A program made the translations under genes and the position numbers. From the NCBI GenBank assembly GCA_944323955.1, contig CALUUK010000001.1, positions 312,314 through 376,313 on the forward strand: a stretch of DNA of 64,000 nucleotides, given 5' to 3'. Position 1 is the stretch's first letter. Every line of letters starts with the position of its first letter. The notes below the pieces were generated by a model. It was not told the origin of the DNA and did not search any database. It saw only the letters and a program-made list of their open reading frames with translations. The DNA comes from Candidatus Gastranaerophilales bacterium. Lineage in GTDB: Bacteria > Cyanobacteriota > Vampirovibrionia > Gastranaerophilales > Gastranaerophilaceae. This document shows positions 28,180-38,263 of the stretch, piece after piece.

Positions 28180-29868
28180 TTATTTAATATTGGAAAATGT
28201 CCATGCATCTGACACAGGTGTTGTAGCTGCCTGATAATCGGTATCAGACACACCGCCTTCATCACTGCCGTGTGCAATCGGTTTATAAAGTCTGTTATAG
28301 TACTCAATAACCATTCTGTCAGAATTGAAGTAAGCCTCAGCTGTTCTGATTGCCTGACGCATCATTGTAGCCCATTTTACTTTGTCATTATAATAAATAG
28401 GTATAATTTGATTTTCAATAATATCCATCATACATTCATAGTCTTTTCTGTGGCGTTCTTCCCAAGGAATATTGTCATCAAGACCGGGATATTCAATAGT
28501 CCAACCGTTAATACCCGGGAAAGTACCTTCAACAGTCCAGCCGTCATATGTTGAAAGATGAAGTGCACCGTTTGCATTTGCTGACATACCCGACGTACCT
28601 GATGCTTCAAACGGTCTTAAAGGAGTATTTAACCAAATATCGGAAGCTCTCTTTAATTTTCCGCTCAAATCAAGTTCATAACCTGTAAGAACTACTACAT
28701 TTTTCATTGTATAAGAATTCCTCAGGATTTTATTGAACATTTCTTTACCGATAACATCATCGGGATGGAACTTACCTGCAAAAATAAGCTGAATTTTATT
28801 TTCATTTAAAAGTTTCATTATTCTGTTTTCATCCATGAAAATAAGCCAAGCACGTTTATAATCGGCAAATCTTCTTGCCCAGGTAATTGTTAATACATTT
28901 TTATCAAATCTTTTACCGGTTGTATTTGCGATATATTCAAATACTTCCTCTTTCATTTCTTTTTTAGACTCAAGTAAAGCCTCAAGATTATCGGTTTTCA
29001 TTCTGTTATCCTGCCAATAATGCAAATTAACAGCATTAGTAATGGCTCTTATCGGACATCTGCCTTCAACCCATTTCCACATTCTGTTGGCAACTAATCC
29101 ATGAAGCTGTGAAACGGCATTCGCAAGTCTTGACATTCTAAGTGCTGCAACGGTTAAAGAGAATTGTTCACCGCCCAATTGAACCGCAACATCACGTGAA
29201 GTACCTGCAAAGAACCCGCCTTGCATCAAATTATCAACCCAATGGACTTCATTACCGGCAGAAACAGGTGTGTGAGTTGTAAATACGACTTTTTCTTTTA
29301 CTTTACTCAAATCACCTTGATACTGATTTAAAAGTTCAAATGCAGCAGGTAAACCATGACCTTCATTCAAATGAACGCAATCAAAATTATAACCGATTTT
29401 TTGAAGAAGTCTTATACCGGCAATACCCAGAACTGTTTCCTGAGCTATTCTGATTTTTTCATTACCGTCATATAATTTATGAGATATTGAACGTGCCCAT
29501 TCGGAGTTTTCTTCAATATCCGTAGTTAAATAATAAACAGGGCAAGTATCAAAGATACCCGGTTCAAGTTTAAATGCTTTAACTTTGACTTTTTCTCCAT
29601 ATACATCAATTTCAACGGTTTCATTGATATCAGTTAAGAAGTCATAATGTTTCCTAATGTAAGCTACTTCTACATTACCTTCATGATTAATTCTCTGATT
29701 ATAATAACCGTAAGACCAAAGCATAGTCACACCGACCATCGGCATTTGCAGATATCCTGCTGATAACATGTGTGATCCTGCCAAAAATCCTAAACCGCCT
29801 GAATATGTAGCGATAGACTGATCAATTGCTATTTCCATTGAGAAATATGCTACGTTTGGTAGTCCCAT
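28180..29868 (-). CDS. GT35 alpha-glucan phosphorylase homolog lacking the canonical PLP lysine
   Basis: VAYFSMEIAI...YSGGLGFLAG and NTPLRPFEASGTSGMSANANGALHLSTYDGW align to the family consensus (EASGTSGMKAxxNG), but Ser replaces Lys. Confidence 0.75.
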   Translation of the reverse strand: MGLPNVAYFSMEIAIDQSIATYSGGLGFLAGSHMLSAGYLQMPMVGVTMLWSYGYYNQRINHEGNVEVAYIRKHYDFLTDINETVEIDVYGEKVKVKAFKLEPGIFDTCPVYYLTTDIEENSEWARSISHKLYDGNEKIRIAQETVLGIAGIRLLQKIGYNFDCVHLNEGHGLPAAFELLNQYQGDLSKVKEKVVFTTHTPVSAGNEVHWVDNLMQGGFFAGTSRDVAVQLGGEQFSLTVAALRMSRLANAVSQLHGLVANRMWKWVEGRCPIRAITNAVNLHYWQDNRMKTDNLEALLESKKEMKEEVFEYIANTTGKRFDKNVLTITWARRFADYKRAWLIFMDENRIMKLLNENKIQLIFAGKFHPDDVIGKEMFNKILRNSYTMKNVVVLTGYELDLSGKLKRASDIWLNTPLRPFEASGTSGMSANANGALHLSTYDGWTVEGTFPGINGWTIEYPGLDDNIPWEERHRKDYECMMDIIENQIIPIYYNDKVKWATMMRQAIRTAEAYFNSDRMVIEYYNRLYKPIAHGSDEGGVSDTDYQAATTPVSDAWTFSNIK

Positions 29869-30056
29869 TGTTTCTCCTTTATATTCTGAACCTAACTACT
29901 ATCAAATTCCTTTATATCAACAACATAACAAAAAAGCAATTTTTTAGCCATAAAAAAATTTTTTTTGTTGCTTATTTTGCGCATAACACTTATTTTTGTT
30001 GCCTTTCTGGCTTTATTATATATAATTATTAAGTACTCTGGTAAACGGATTTTAAA

Positions 30057-30677
30057 ATGAAATTAGCAGTTTTTGATTTTGATTCTACATTAATGGAAGG
30101 CGAAACTCTTGAATTTATTGCAAGAGAATACGGAATTGAACCTCTAATGAAAGAAATAACCGCTCAGGCAATGGAGGGTAAAATAGATTTTTTTGAAAGT
30201 CTTGTTCAAAGAGTTTCCCTGTTAAAAGGTGCAAAAGAAGAAACCATTGTAAAAATCTGCAGAGAACTTCCATATACAAAAGGAGCAAAAGAAACAATAT
30301 CAACACTAAAAAAAATGGGATATAAAGTTGTATGTTTTTCGGGCGGTTATGATACAGCAACAATTCCCGCGCAGCAAGTTTTAGGTTATGATGCACAATT
30401 TTCAAATATACTTCATTTTAAAAACGGAGAAATGACAGGGTTAGTCGGCGGAGAGATGATGTTCTCGGATTCAAAAGGTAAAATGCTTAAACGATTACAA
30501 ACACTTCTTAATATAACGGAAGAAGACTCTCTTGCCGTAGGAGACGGAGCCAATGATTTAAGTATGTTTGCTTTTGCTGCAAAAAGAGCTGCCTTCTGCG
30601 CAAAACCTGTTTTAAAAGAAAAAGCAAACATTATTATTGAAAGAAAAGATTTAACCGAAATTTTAAATTATATTTAA
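30057..30677 (+). CDS. serB: Phosphoserine phosphatase (HAD superfamily, SerB-type)
   Basis: AVFDFDSTLM (DxDxT), SGG, VGDGANDLSMF. Confidence 0.8.
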   Translation: MKLAVFDFDSTLMEGETLEFIAREYGIEPLMKEITAQAMEGKIDFFESLVQRVSLLKGAKEETIVKICRELPYTKGAKETISTLKKMGYKVVCFSGGYDTATIPAQQVLGYDAQFSNILHFKNGEMTGLVGGEMMFSDSKGKMLKRLQTLLNITEEDSLAVGDGANDLSMFAFAAKRAAFCAKPVLKEKANIIIERKDLTEILNYI

Positions 30678-31132
30678 AATTCTTCAAAACTTCCTCTTTT
30701 TCTTTCTTTCGCAATGGCTATACTGTTGTTTAAATTTTCCGTACCTTCACCCCATAAACCCGCCATAATATCAAAATTAGGACTATTTTTTCTGTTGAAA
30801 TTCATAGCTAAATATTCATATTGAAAGTTATATGCATCAATCTCTAAAGGCGAAGAAATGTAATCATCAAAATCAGAATCTTCCGATCTACCTATGCCGC
30901 TTAACCCTTCAATTGCGGCGGGTAATAAATCTTTTGCAACGGACAGATAACGATTATCTCCCGGCGCCAGAGAAAACTTCAATTTCGTATCAGCGGGCAA
31001 CAATGTTTTAGGTTTATAAACATCCGATTTTAAAGAAGAATCTTTAACCGGCATATTTGAAGAACGATGAAGCGATGTGGAAAAATCCCCAAAGTTTGTA
31101 AAAACAGGCGGTAGAGAAAAATTGGAATTCAT
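30674..31132 (-). CDS. Hypothetical protein
   Basis: A 152-aa ORF with no motif I recognise. The N-terminus is low-complexity and Ser/Asn/Phe-rich. Confidence 0.4.
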   Translation of the reverse strand: MNSNFSLPPVFTNFGDFSTSLHRSSNMPVKDSSLKSDVYKPKTLLPADTKLKFSLAPGDNRYLSVAKDLLPAAIEGLSGIGRSEDSDFDDYISSPLEIDAYNFQYEYLAMNFNRKNSPNFDIMAGLWGEGTENLNNSIAIAKERKRGSFEEF

Positions 31133-31234
31133 TATATTTTCTTTTGCATTTGTAACAATATAAAAAGGTAAATAGGAATAAAATTACTATTATATATTTA
31201 ATTATAATAAATAATTCTTAATAATTGAAATATG

Positions 31235-31396
31235 CTAATCTTTGCTATAAGAAATACTTAAAATATAAAAATCATCATCATAAGACACGATTGCCCAACG
31301 AAGCACATCAAAACCCATATTTCTAAGTTGCATTTCGATATATTCGGATGACAAATTTTTTATGCTTTTTATTTTAACTTCTGCCGTAAGAATCAT
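31235..31396 (-). CDS. Possible 53-aa protein translationally coupled to glmS
   Basis: Its ATG (31394-31396) overlaps the glmS TAA by 1 nt. Translation: MILTAEVKIKSIKNLSSEYIEMQLRNMGFDVLRWAIVSYDDDFYILSISYSKD. Below the track cutoff. Confidence 0.4.
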   Translation of the reverse strand: MILTAEVKIKSIKNLSSEYIEMQLRNMGFDVLRWAIVSYDDDFYILSISYSKD

Positions 31397-33243
31397 TATT
31401 CTACCGTTACCGATTTTGCAAGATTACGCGGCTGATCCACATCCTTACCGAGAAATTCCGCAATATAATACGCAAGAAGCTGCAGCGGAACACAACAAAT
31501 TGCAGGTGATAAGATTTCACATACATGCGGTATTTTTAATACAACATCAAACAATGCTTTAAGATTTTCATCATCAGAAGACGTAAGCGCAATCAATTTC
31601 GCATTTCTTGCTTTAGCTTCTTCACTGTTTGAAAGTATCTTATCATATGTGATTCCGCCCGGAATTAATATTGAAAGAACAGGCATGGTCTCATCAAGCA
31701 TTGCAATCGGGCCATGTTTTAACTCACCCGCCGGATAACCGGTTGCATTAATATAGCTGATTTCTTTTAGTTTCAATGCTCCTTCATAAGCCGTGGCCAA
31801 ATTTATGCCTCTTGCAATATATATAAAATTCTTAAATGAAGAAAATATTCTTGCACATTCTTTAATACTTGAAGCATTTGAAAGAATTTCCTCAATTTTT
31901 GTAGGCAGCTGAATAAGTTCATGTTTAATATTTTTCAAGAAATCACCTGAAAGGGTGCCTTTTATTTCGCCGAGATGTAAAGCTAATAAATAAAATGAAA
32001 TAAGCTGAGCAATATATGATTTTGTCGCTGCTACACTGACTTCTATACCGGCGTTAACGGGAATTAAACTATCAGCAAGCCTTGCCATATAAGAGTCCGG
32101 TCTGTTCGTAATAATTAAAACATGAGAATTTTTTTCTTTCGCCTGTTTTATGGCCGTAATTGTATCTGCTGTTTCACCCGATTGTGATACACCAATTACA
32201 AGAGTCGAACTGTCTGTCGTTGTTTTTCTGTATATATATTCACTTGACGGTTCAACATCAACCGATATACCCGCAAAATCTTCTATAAGATACTTTCCTA
32301 CCATTGCGGCATGAAGAGATGTTCCGCAGGCAATAATTTGAATTTTATTAAGTTTTTTCAATGTATCTTTATCTATTTTTACTTCATTCAAAACGACAGG
32401 AGAATCTATATCATAGATTTTACCGTTTAAAATATTACGGATAATATCGGGTTGTTCATGTATTTCTTTTAACATGAAATGTTTATATCCCAATTTACTG
32501 AGAGCAACAGGCTCCCAGGGAAGGGTTTCAACTTTTTTATTTATCACTGCACCGTGTATATCTGTTATTTTTATGCTGTTTTTTGTAACTACAGCGATTT
32601 CATTATCATCAAGATAAATCGTTTTCTTTGTATATTCAATAATTGCGGGAGTATCACTGGCAATAAAATTTTCGCCTTCTCCGACGCCAACGAGCATAGG
32701 AGCATTTTTTCTTGCTCCTATAATTACATCGGGTACATTTTGATGCATTACACAAATAGCGTAAGCACCTTGCAGTTTTTTCACTGCATTTCTGACCGCA
32801 ATTTCCAAATCTTTTGCATTTTCATATTCATGTGCGACAAGATGGGCTATTGTTTCTGTATCAGTCTGCGAACGGAATTTACAGCCTTTTTTTATTAACT
32901 CTTCTCTTAGCTCTTTGTAATTCTCAATAATTCCGTTATGAACAACAGCAAGTTTTCCGCAAGTACAAGTATGAGGATGTGCGTTTTCCAATGAAGGGGA
33001 ACCGTGTGTTGCCCATCTTATATGACCTATACCGCTCGTAGGGGCTGTTAATTGCGCAGAAGACTCAGATAAAACATTTTTTAAGTTAATAAGTTTCCCC
33101 AGACTTTTGAATACTTTTATTTCATTTTGATCCAAAAGTGCCATGCCGGCAGAATCATAACCTCTGTATTCAAGGTTTGTTAAACCTTTAAATATAACGT
33201 CGACAACATTTCTATGCCCAACATAACCAACAATTCCGCACAT
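31396..33243 (-). CDS. glmS: Glutamine--fructose-6-phosphate aminotransferase
   Basis: MCGIVGYVG N-terminal nucleophile Cys, two SIS domains, C-terminal ...DQPRNLAKSVTVE. Confidence 0.95.
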   Translation of the reverse strand: MCGIVGYVGHRNVVDVIFKGLTNLEYRGYDSAGMALLDQNEIKVFKSLGKLINLKNVLSESSAQLTAPTSGIGHIRWATHGSPSLENAHPHTCTCGKLAVVHNGIIENYKELREELIKKGCKFRSQTDTETIAHLVAHEYENAKDLEIAVRNAVKKLQGAYAICVMHQNVPDVIIGARKNAPMLVGVGEGENFIASDTPAIIEYTKKTIYLDDNEIAVVTKNSIKITDIHGAVINKKVETLPWEPVALSKLGYKHFMLKEIHEQPDIIRNILNGKIYDIDSPVVLNEVKIDKDTLKKLNKIQIIACGTSLHAAMVGKYLIEDFAGISVDVEPSSEYIYRKTTTDSSTLVIGVSQSGETADTITAIKQAKEKNSHVLIITNRPDSYMARLADSLIPVNAGIEVSVAATKSYIAQLISFYLLALHLGEIKGTLSGDFLKNIKHELIQLPTKIEEILSNASSIKECARIFSSFKNFIYIARGINLATAYEGALKLKEISYINATGYPAGELKHGPIAMLDETMPVLSILIPGGITYDKILSNSEEAKARNAKLIALTSSDDENLKALFDVVLKIPHVCEILSPAICCVPLQLLAYYIAEFLGKDVDQPRNLAKSVTVE

Positions 33244-33332
33244 ATATTTAGTATCCTCTTCCTCAAATTAAAATATTAATATTAGTATAATACATTATAA
33301 AAATACAAAAGATATTAAATTTTTATTAAAAT

Positions 33333-34682
33333 TTATCTGACAGTCAATTTGTTTGTTTTTGAAAGGTATACTAGGTACAAAACAGCTGATGTGGTAGTTA
33401 AAACAGATGCACTGGGAGCTGCAATACCAAGTTCAAAGAGGGTTGCACCTGATATAAATGAACAAAGAATAAATGCAACCGGAACTCTTATTAAAAATGC
33501 GGAGCAAATCGCATTTAATGCGGCAAAGATTGTTCGTCCGCAGCCGAAGAAAAATCCGTTAAGGCAGAATACAAAAGGAACAAGCAGATAGTCAAAACTA
33601 AATGTTTTAAGATACAAACTGCCTGCCTTAAGAACTTCTTCATCTGTAGTGAAAATAGCAATTGCGCTTCTGGGATAAAACTGCTGCCAGATGAAGAAAA
33701 TAAAACCGAACATAAAAGCAAATAATATTGAAAGTTTTAATGCCAGAACAGCTCTTTTAACGTTGCCGGCTCCGAGATTTTGTGCGGTAAGTGCCGTAAG
33801 CGCCATTGCAAAAGAACCTGCAGGAAGCATCATAAAAGCATTTAATCGTATAACCGAACCGTAAGCCGCAGAGGCTGCCACTCCCATTGAATTGGCAAGC
33901 GAGAATATAAATAAAAATGATAAAGGAATTAATGTATCCTGAAGGGACAACGGTAATCCAATTTTAAAAAGCTCTTTTGCAGTCTGAATATCAAATTTAA
34001 TATTGCGGAATTGAAACTTAAATACAAAATTGCCGTGTCTCAGATATAAAATTCCTATAATTACGCTTATTGCTTGAGAAATAACGGTTGCGACCGCAGC
34101 TCCTTTTGCACCCATAGAGTATTTGCCGACAAGAAGGATATCCAAAAAGATGTTAACAAAACAAGCAATTGCAACAAAAAACATAGGAGCAACGGAATTA
34201 CCAAGTCCGCGCAAAATCGCACTTATGGCATTATATCCGAAGATAAATATGAGACCGAATGCACAAACCAATACATAATCAAATGTATCATTAAAAGCCT
34301 CTTGGGGTGTTTGAAGCGCATTTAAGATAGGATTCGCAAACAATATAACAAATAAGCTCATAATAATTGCAGCAATAATAAAACAAATGCTCATTGTATT
34401 AATTATTTTCACGATATTGTCATACTGCCTTGCACCGAAGGCTTTTCCTATTAAGACAGTTGCCGAAACGGTAAGTCCGGTAATAAAAAAAATGAGAGTC
34501 TGCAGCAATTGAGAACCCGTAGCTACAGCAGATACAACATTACTGTTGCAAAATTTCCCCACAATAATCAAGTCCGCAGCGCCATATAAAGCCTGCAAAA
34601 AATTTGCAGCAATAAACGGAAGTGCAAAAAACAGCAGCGTTGAAAGTAAATTTCCTTGTGTTAAATCTTTTTCTTGCGGCAT
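33333..34682 (-). CDS. MATE-family efflux transporter
   Basis: 12-TM profile. The N-terminus LLFFALPFIAANFLQALYGAADLIIVG is typical of MATE. Confidence 0.85.
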   Translation of the reverse strand: MPQEKDLTQGNLLSTLLFFALPFIAANFLQALYGAADLIIVGKFCNSNVVSAVATGSQLLQTLIFFITGLTVSATVLIGKAFGARQYDNIVKIINTMSICFIIAAIIMSLFVILFANPILNALQTPQEAFNDTFDYVLVCAFGLIFIFGYNAISAILRGLGNSVAPMFFVAIACFVNIFLDILLVGKYSMGAKGAAVATVISQAISVIIGILYLRHGNFVFKFQFRNIKFDIQTAKELFKIGLPLSLQDTLIPLSFLFIFSLANSMGVAASAAYGSVIRLNAFMMLPAGSFAMALTALTAQNLGAGNVKRAVLALKLSILFAFMFGFIFFIWQQFYPRSAIAIFTTDEEVLKAGSLYLKTFSFDYLLVPFVFCLNGFFFGCGRTIFAALNAICSAFLIRVPVAFILCSFISGATLFELGIAAPSASVLTTTSAVLYLVYLSKTNKLTVR

Positions 34683-34771
34683 AGTATCACAATTTTCTTA
34701 CTAACAGTGATATACTAAAATAATAAAAATAAAATTTCAAATGAAGTAATTTTATTGTATAATTTATATAT

Positions 34772-34845
34772 GCCTCTGTAGCTCAGCTGGATAGAGCGCT
34801 TCCGTCCTAAGGAAGGCGTCGCACGTTCGAATCGTGTCAGGGGTA
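34772..34845 (+). tRNA. tRNA-Arg (anticodon CCT)
   Basis: GCCTCTG TA GCTCAGCTGGATAGAGC G CTTCC-GTCCTAA-GGAAG GCGTC GCACGTTCGAATCGTGT CAGGGGT A. CCA is not encoded. Confidence 0.85.
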
Positions 34846-34851
34846 TTTTAT

Positions 34852-34883
34852 AAAAAAGAAGACCCGTTAAGGTCTTCTTTTTA
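34852..34883. terminator. Bidirectional rho-independent terminator (tRNA-Arg / pgk)
   Basis: aagaagacc (34856-34864) pairs with ggtcttctt (34871-34879). An A-run precedes it and a T-run follows. Confidence 0.75.
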
Positions 34884-34898
34884 ATTAAGTCAGGAAAA

Positions 34899-36302
34899 CT
34901 AGACATCATCCAATGCATCGACGCCGGGGAGAATTTTACCTTCTATAAATTCTAATGAAGCACCGCCGCCTGTTGATACATGCGTAAAATCATCAGCATC
35001 CTGGAATTGTTTTGCCGCTGCAACCGAATCACCTCCGCCGATTACCGAAGTTGCTCCGTTTTTGGTGGCATCAACAATTGCAGCTAAAACAGCCTGAGTC
35101 CCTTGCGAAAACTTAGGGTTTTCAAATACTCCGACAGGACCGTTCATAAGAATTGTTTTGGAAGATTTTAAAACATCTGCAAACTTTTCTCTGGATTCAA
35201 TTCCGGAATCAACCCCCATAAAACCGTCGGGGATTTCATTGATTTTAACTATTTTTGTTGTACCGTTGCCGGAAAAATCATCGGTAGCCAGAACATCTGT
35301 ATCAAATATGAGATTTACACCCTTTTCTTCTGCTTTTTTCATTATTGCTCTTGCAACCTCAATTTGATCATCTTCGCACAGAGAATTACCTATTTCACCG
35401 CCGTTTGCTTTTACAAAAGTATAAGCCATGCCGCCTCCGATGATGAGATTATCAACCTTATCCAATAAATTCTCCAAAACACCGATTTTTGATGAAACCT
35501 TTGAACCTCCCACAATCGCAGTAAACGGCCGTTCCGGATTATCAAGTGCCTGAGATAAGCATCTTATTTCTTTTTCCATTAAAAGCCCCGAAACTGCGGG
35601 TTTTAAAACTTCTGCCAGTTTAGCCGTTGATGTATGATTACGATGAGCCGCACCAAAAGCATCATTGACATAGAAATCACCGAGTTCTGCAAGCTCTTTT
35701 GCAAAAGTCATATCGTCATTTTTTGCTTCTTCTTCTTTATAAAATCTTATATTCTCCAGCAGAGCTATCTGTCCGTTTTTTAGATTATTTACCATCTCAG
35801 GCGCATCTTTTATATCCGGAATAAAGACAACTTCTTCGCCTAAAAGCTCCGACATATAATCTGCAACCGGTTTTAAAGAATATTCTTCATTTCTTTGTCC
35901 TTTGGGTCTGCCCAGATGAGCCATTAATACAATTTTTGCCCCTCTGTCTTTTAAATAGTCAAGAGTAGGACGTATAGCCTGAATTCTTGTATCATCGGTA
36001 ACATTTTTGTTTTCGTCTAACGGAACATTTATATCCACCCTGACAAGTGCTCTCTTACCTTGTATATCATCTAAATCTTTAATTGATTTTTTAAGACCTG
36101 CACCTGTGTTTTTTGTATCATTATCAAGTCCTCTGAAAGAAACATTACTCATAAAATTGTTTCTGACAGCAAGACTTGAAGCTGACGACATTCCGCTAAA
36201 ACTAAAATCGGATGCATTACGATTTTTTTCATTTTTTTGAGTTTGATAACTAACTCTTGGCTGTAAATTTGCAGCACTAAACGCAATTCTTTGAATTGAC
36301 AT
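34899..36302 (-). CDS. pgk: Phosphoglycerate kinase with a roughly 70-aa N-terminal extension
   Basis: The core starts at [26 protein letters not shown]...MAHLGRPKG...GGGDS. The start is moved to MSIQRIAF (ATG at 36300-36302), directly behind AGGAGG. Confidence 0.9.
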   Translation of the reverse strand: MSIQRIAFSAANLQPRVSYQTQKNEKNRNASDFSFSGMSSASSLAVRNNFMSNVSFRGLDNDTKNTGAGLKKSIKDLDDIQGKRALVRVDINVPLDENKNVTDDTRIQAIRPTLDYLKDRGAKIVLMAHLGRPKGQRNEEYSLKPVADYMSELLGEEVVFIPDIKDAPEMVNNLKNGQIALLENIRFYKEEEAKNDDMTFAKELAELGDFYVNDAFGAAHRNHTSTAKLAEVLKPAVSGLLMEKEIRCLSQALDNPERPFTAIVGGSKVSSKIGVLENLLDKVDNLIIGGGMAYTFVKANGGEIGNSLCEDDQIEVARAIMKKAEEKGVNLIFDTDVLATDDFSGNGTTKIVKINEIPDGFMGVDSGIESREKFADVLKSSKTILMNGPVGVFENPKFSQGTQAVLAAIVDATKNGATSVIGGGDSVAAAKQFQDADDFTHVSTGGGASLEFIEGKILPGVDALDDV

Positions 36303-36515
36303 GAGACCTCCTAATTTTTCCTCGAACATGTTTTGAACTTTTCAGTTCACCGACTTTACAAATCACAAGATAATTTTTTTTTGCCGTTACACGGTCAAAT
36401 GTAAAATTTTTGAAACAAATTTATTTTAAACAAATTTTTATTACCTGTCTGATTAGCCGAATCAGAAGGGTTGGCATATTGCAGGACAAAAATATATTAT
36501 GATAAAATTACCCGT

Positions 36516-38132
36516 ATGATAAAAGAAAAGCTCAAATTATTTATCGGAGATGTTTTCGGAGCATTAAATGCCGCAATTGTTGCGCTGCCGCAAGCATTAG
36601 CTTTTGGTATTGCCACCGGGCTCGGTGCAGCAGCCGGCGTTTGGGGGACAATTATACTTTGTTTTACTTCTGCACTCATAGGAGGCAGAGCCCCGATAAT
36701 TTCGGGGATAACAGGCCCCGTCACAATTGTTGTTGCGTCTGTTATGCATGCTCTCAATGCAGATATTGCCTCAATTCTTCTGGTTATTGTACTTGCAGGC
36801 ATGATTCAGATAATTCTCGGGCTTACACCATTCGCAGGAATAATAAAATACATTCCTTATCCGGTAATATCCGGTTTTTTAAACGGGATTGGCTTTATTA
36901 TCATTATTATGCAATTAAATCCTTTAATAGGCTGCTCAGTGGAATCCAATACAATAACAAGCATCAATGCTTTTATACGAAATATACATAATATCGATTA
37001 TAATGCTTTGTTTCTTGGATTATTGACACTTTTAATCGTATTTCTTATTCCGAAAAAATATAATAAAATTATCCCGTCGCAGGCTCTTGCACTGGTTATT
37101 TGTACAATCATTTCAATAAAACTCGGATTGAATGTTGCTAAAATTTCTGATATATCCGCAGCATTTCCGCAGATAACAATGCCTGCTTTTGATTTAAGCA
37201 AAATTATTAAGTATTCACACTATTCCGTTATATTAGCGATAGTTTTATCCTCGGAAAGTTTGCTAACTGTTCTCGTTGCAGATTCATTAATTAAGACCAA
37301 AACATCATCAAAAAGATTACTTATAGCCCAAGGAACAGGTAATATTCTCTGTGCCATGACAGGTTCACTTCCGGGTTCCGCCGCAACAATGAGAACCGTT
37401 GCAGCCATAAACGCAGGTGCAAAAACAAATATTGCGGCAATTATAAGTCCGATTATAATTTTTATTCTTGTATTTTATCTTTCGGATTTTGCAGCTGAAA
37501 TACCTTTAGCCGTTCTTGCGGGGATATTAATTAAGATAGGCTATGATATTATTGACGTAAAACTTTTAAAAGTAATAAAATATGCCCCGAAAGATGATTT
37601 ATACGTACTATGGCTTGTTTTTATTCTTACAATATTTTACAACCTTATTGTTGCAATCGGAGCAGGAATAACGGGAGCTGCCATTTTGTACGCGAAAAAA
37701 ACTGCTGATAAAACAAATCTAATCCATAAAAATGTATATGATGAAGACATAATAAAAATTGAAAAAGACATTGATAAAGATTATAAGCATAAAATCCGCG
37801 TTGTTCATATTGACGGACAATTCTTTTTCGGCTCGGCAACCAGGCTCGTTTCTCAATTTGAAGAATTATGGGGTACAAAATATTTGATTCTTGATTATTC
37901 AATAGGCGATTTGCTTGATATTTCGGCAATCTTTGCACTTGAAGATATCATAATAAGACTTCAATCTCAAAATATAAAAATACTTATGGTCGTTAATAAT
38001 GAAGATATTTTGAAACAATTTAAAGAGCTTAATATTCTTTCCCAAATCGGAGAAGAAAACGTATTTTTATCCGAGTTTGAAGCAATAGAAAAAGCAAAAT
38101 TCCTACTAACAAAATCAAATAAAATTACTTAA
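36516..38132 (+). CDS. SulP-family anion transporter with C-terminal STAS domain
   Basis: DVFGALNAAIVALPQALAFG.., a polytopic core, and a C-terminal STAS-like region (VVHIDGQFFFGSA...). The start is moved to ATG 36516. Confidence 0.85.
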   Translation: MIKEKLKLFIGDVFGALNAAIVALPQALAFGIATGLGAAAGVWGTIILCFTSALIGGRAPIISGITGPVTIVVASVMHALNADIASILLVIVLAGMIQIILGLTPFAGIIKYIPYPVISGFLNGIGFIIIIMQLNPLIGCSVESNTITSINAFIRNIHNIDYNALFLGLLTLLIVFLIPKKYNKIIPSQALALVICTIISIKLGLNVAKISDISAAFPQITMPAFDLSKIIKYSHYSVILAIVLSSESLLTVLVADSLIKTKTSSKRLLIAQGTGNILCAMTGSLPGSAATMRTVAAINAGAKTNIAAIISPIIIFILVFYLSDFAAEIPLAVLAGILIKIGYDIIDVKLLKVIKYAPKDDLYVLWLVFILTIFYNLIVAIGAGITGAAILYAKKTADKTNLIHKNVYDEDIIKIEKDIDKDYKHKIRVVHIDGQFFFGSATRLVSQFEELWGTKYLILDYSIGDLLDISAIFALEDIIIRLQSQNIKILMVVNNEDILKQFKELNILSQIGEENVFLSEFEAIEKAKFLLTKSNKIT

Positions 38133-38263
38133 GACTACAATGATTCTTATTTAAAACTATCTTTAAAATAAATGTAACAATTCTTTTACATTTTCAAAAA
38201 AAAGACTAAATTTCGAATAGCTCTTGCCGATAAAAGTAAGGTGTATAGAAAAGGAGCTTGAAT

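Noticed and set aside
31149-31159. A TTTGTAACAAT box upstream of the 30674-31132 gene that resembles the conserved block upstream of the 61029 and 61781 genes.
   Set aside because: Only the 9-10 nt core matches, at a different distance from the ATG. An AT-rich 9-mer is expected by chance about once or twice in 128 kb of two-strand sequence with this composition.
33244-33332. A possible glmS ribozyme in the glmS 5' leader.
   Set aside because: Only 89 nt separate glmS from the upstream MATE gene stop. The sequence is almost pure AT with no paired core, so it is too short and unstructured for the ribozyme.
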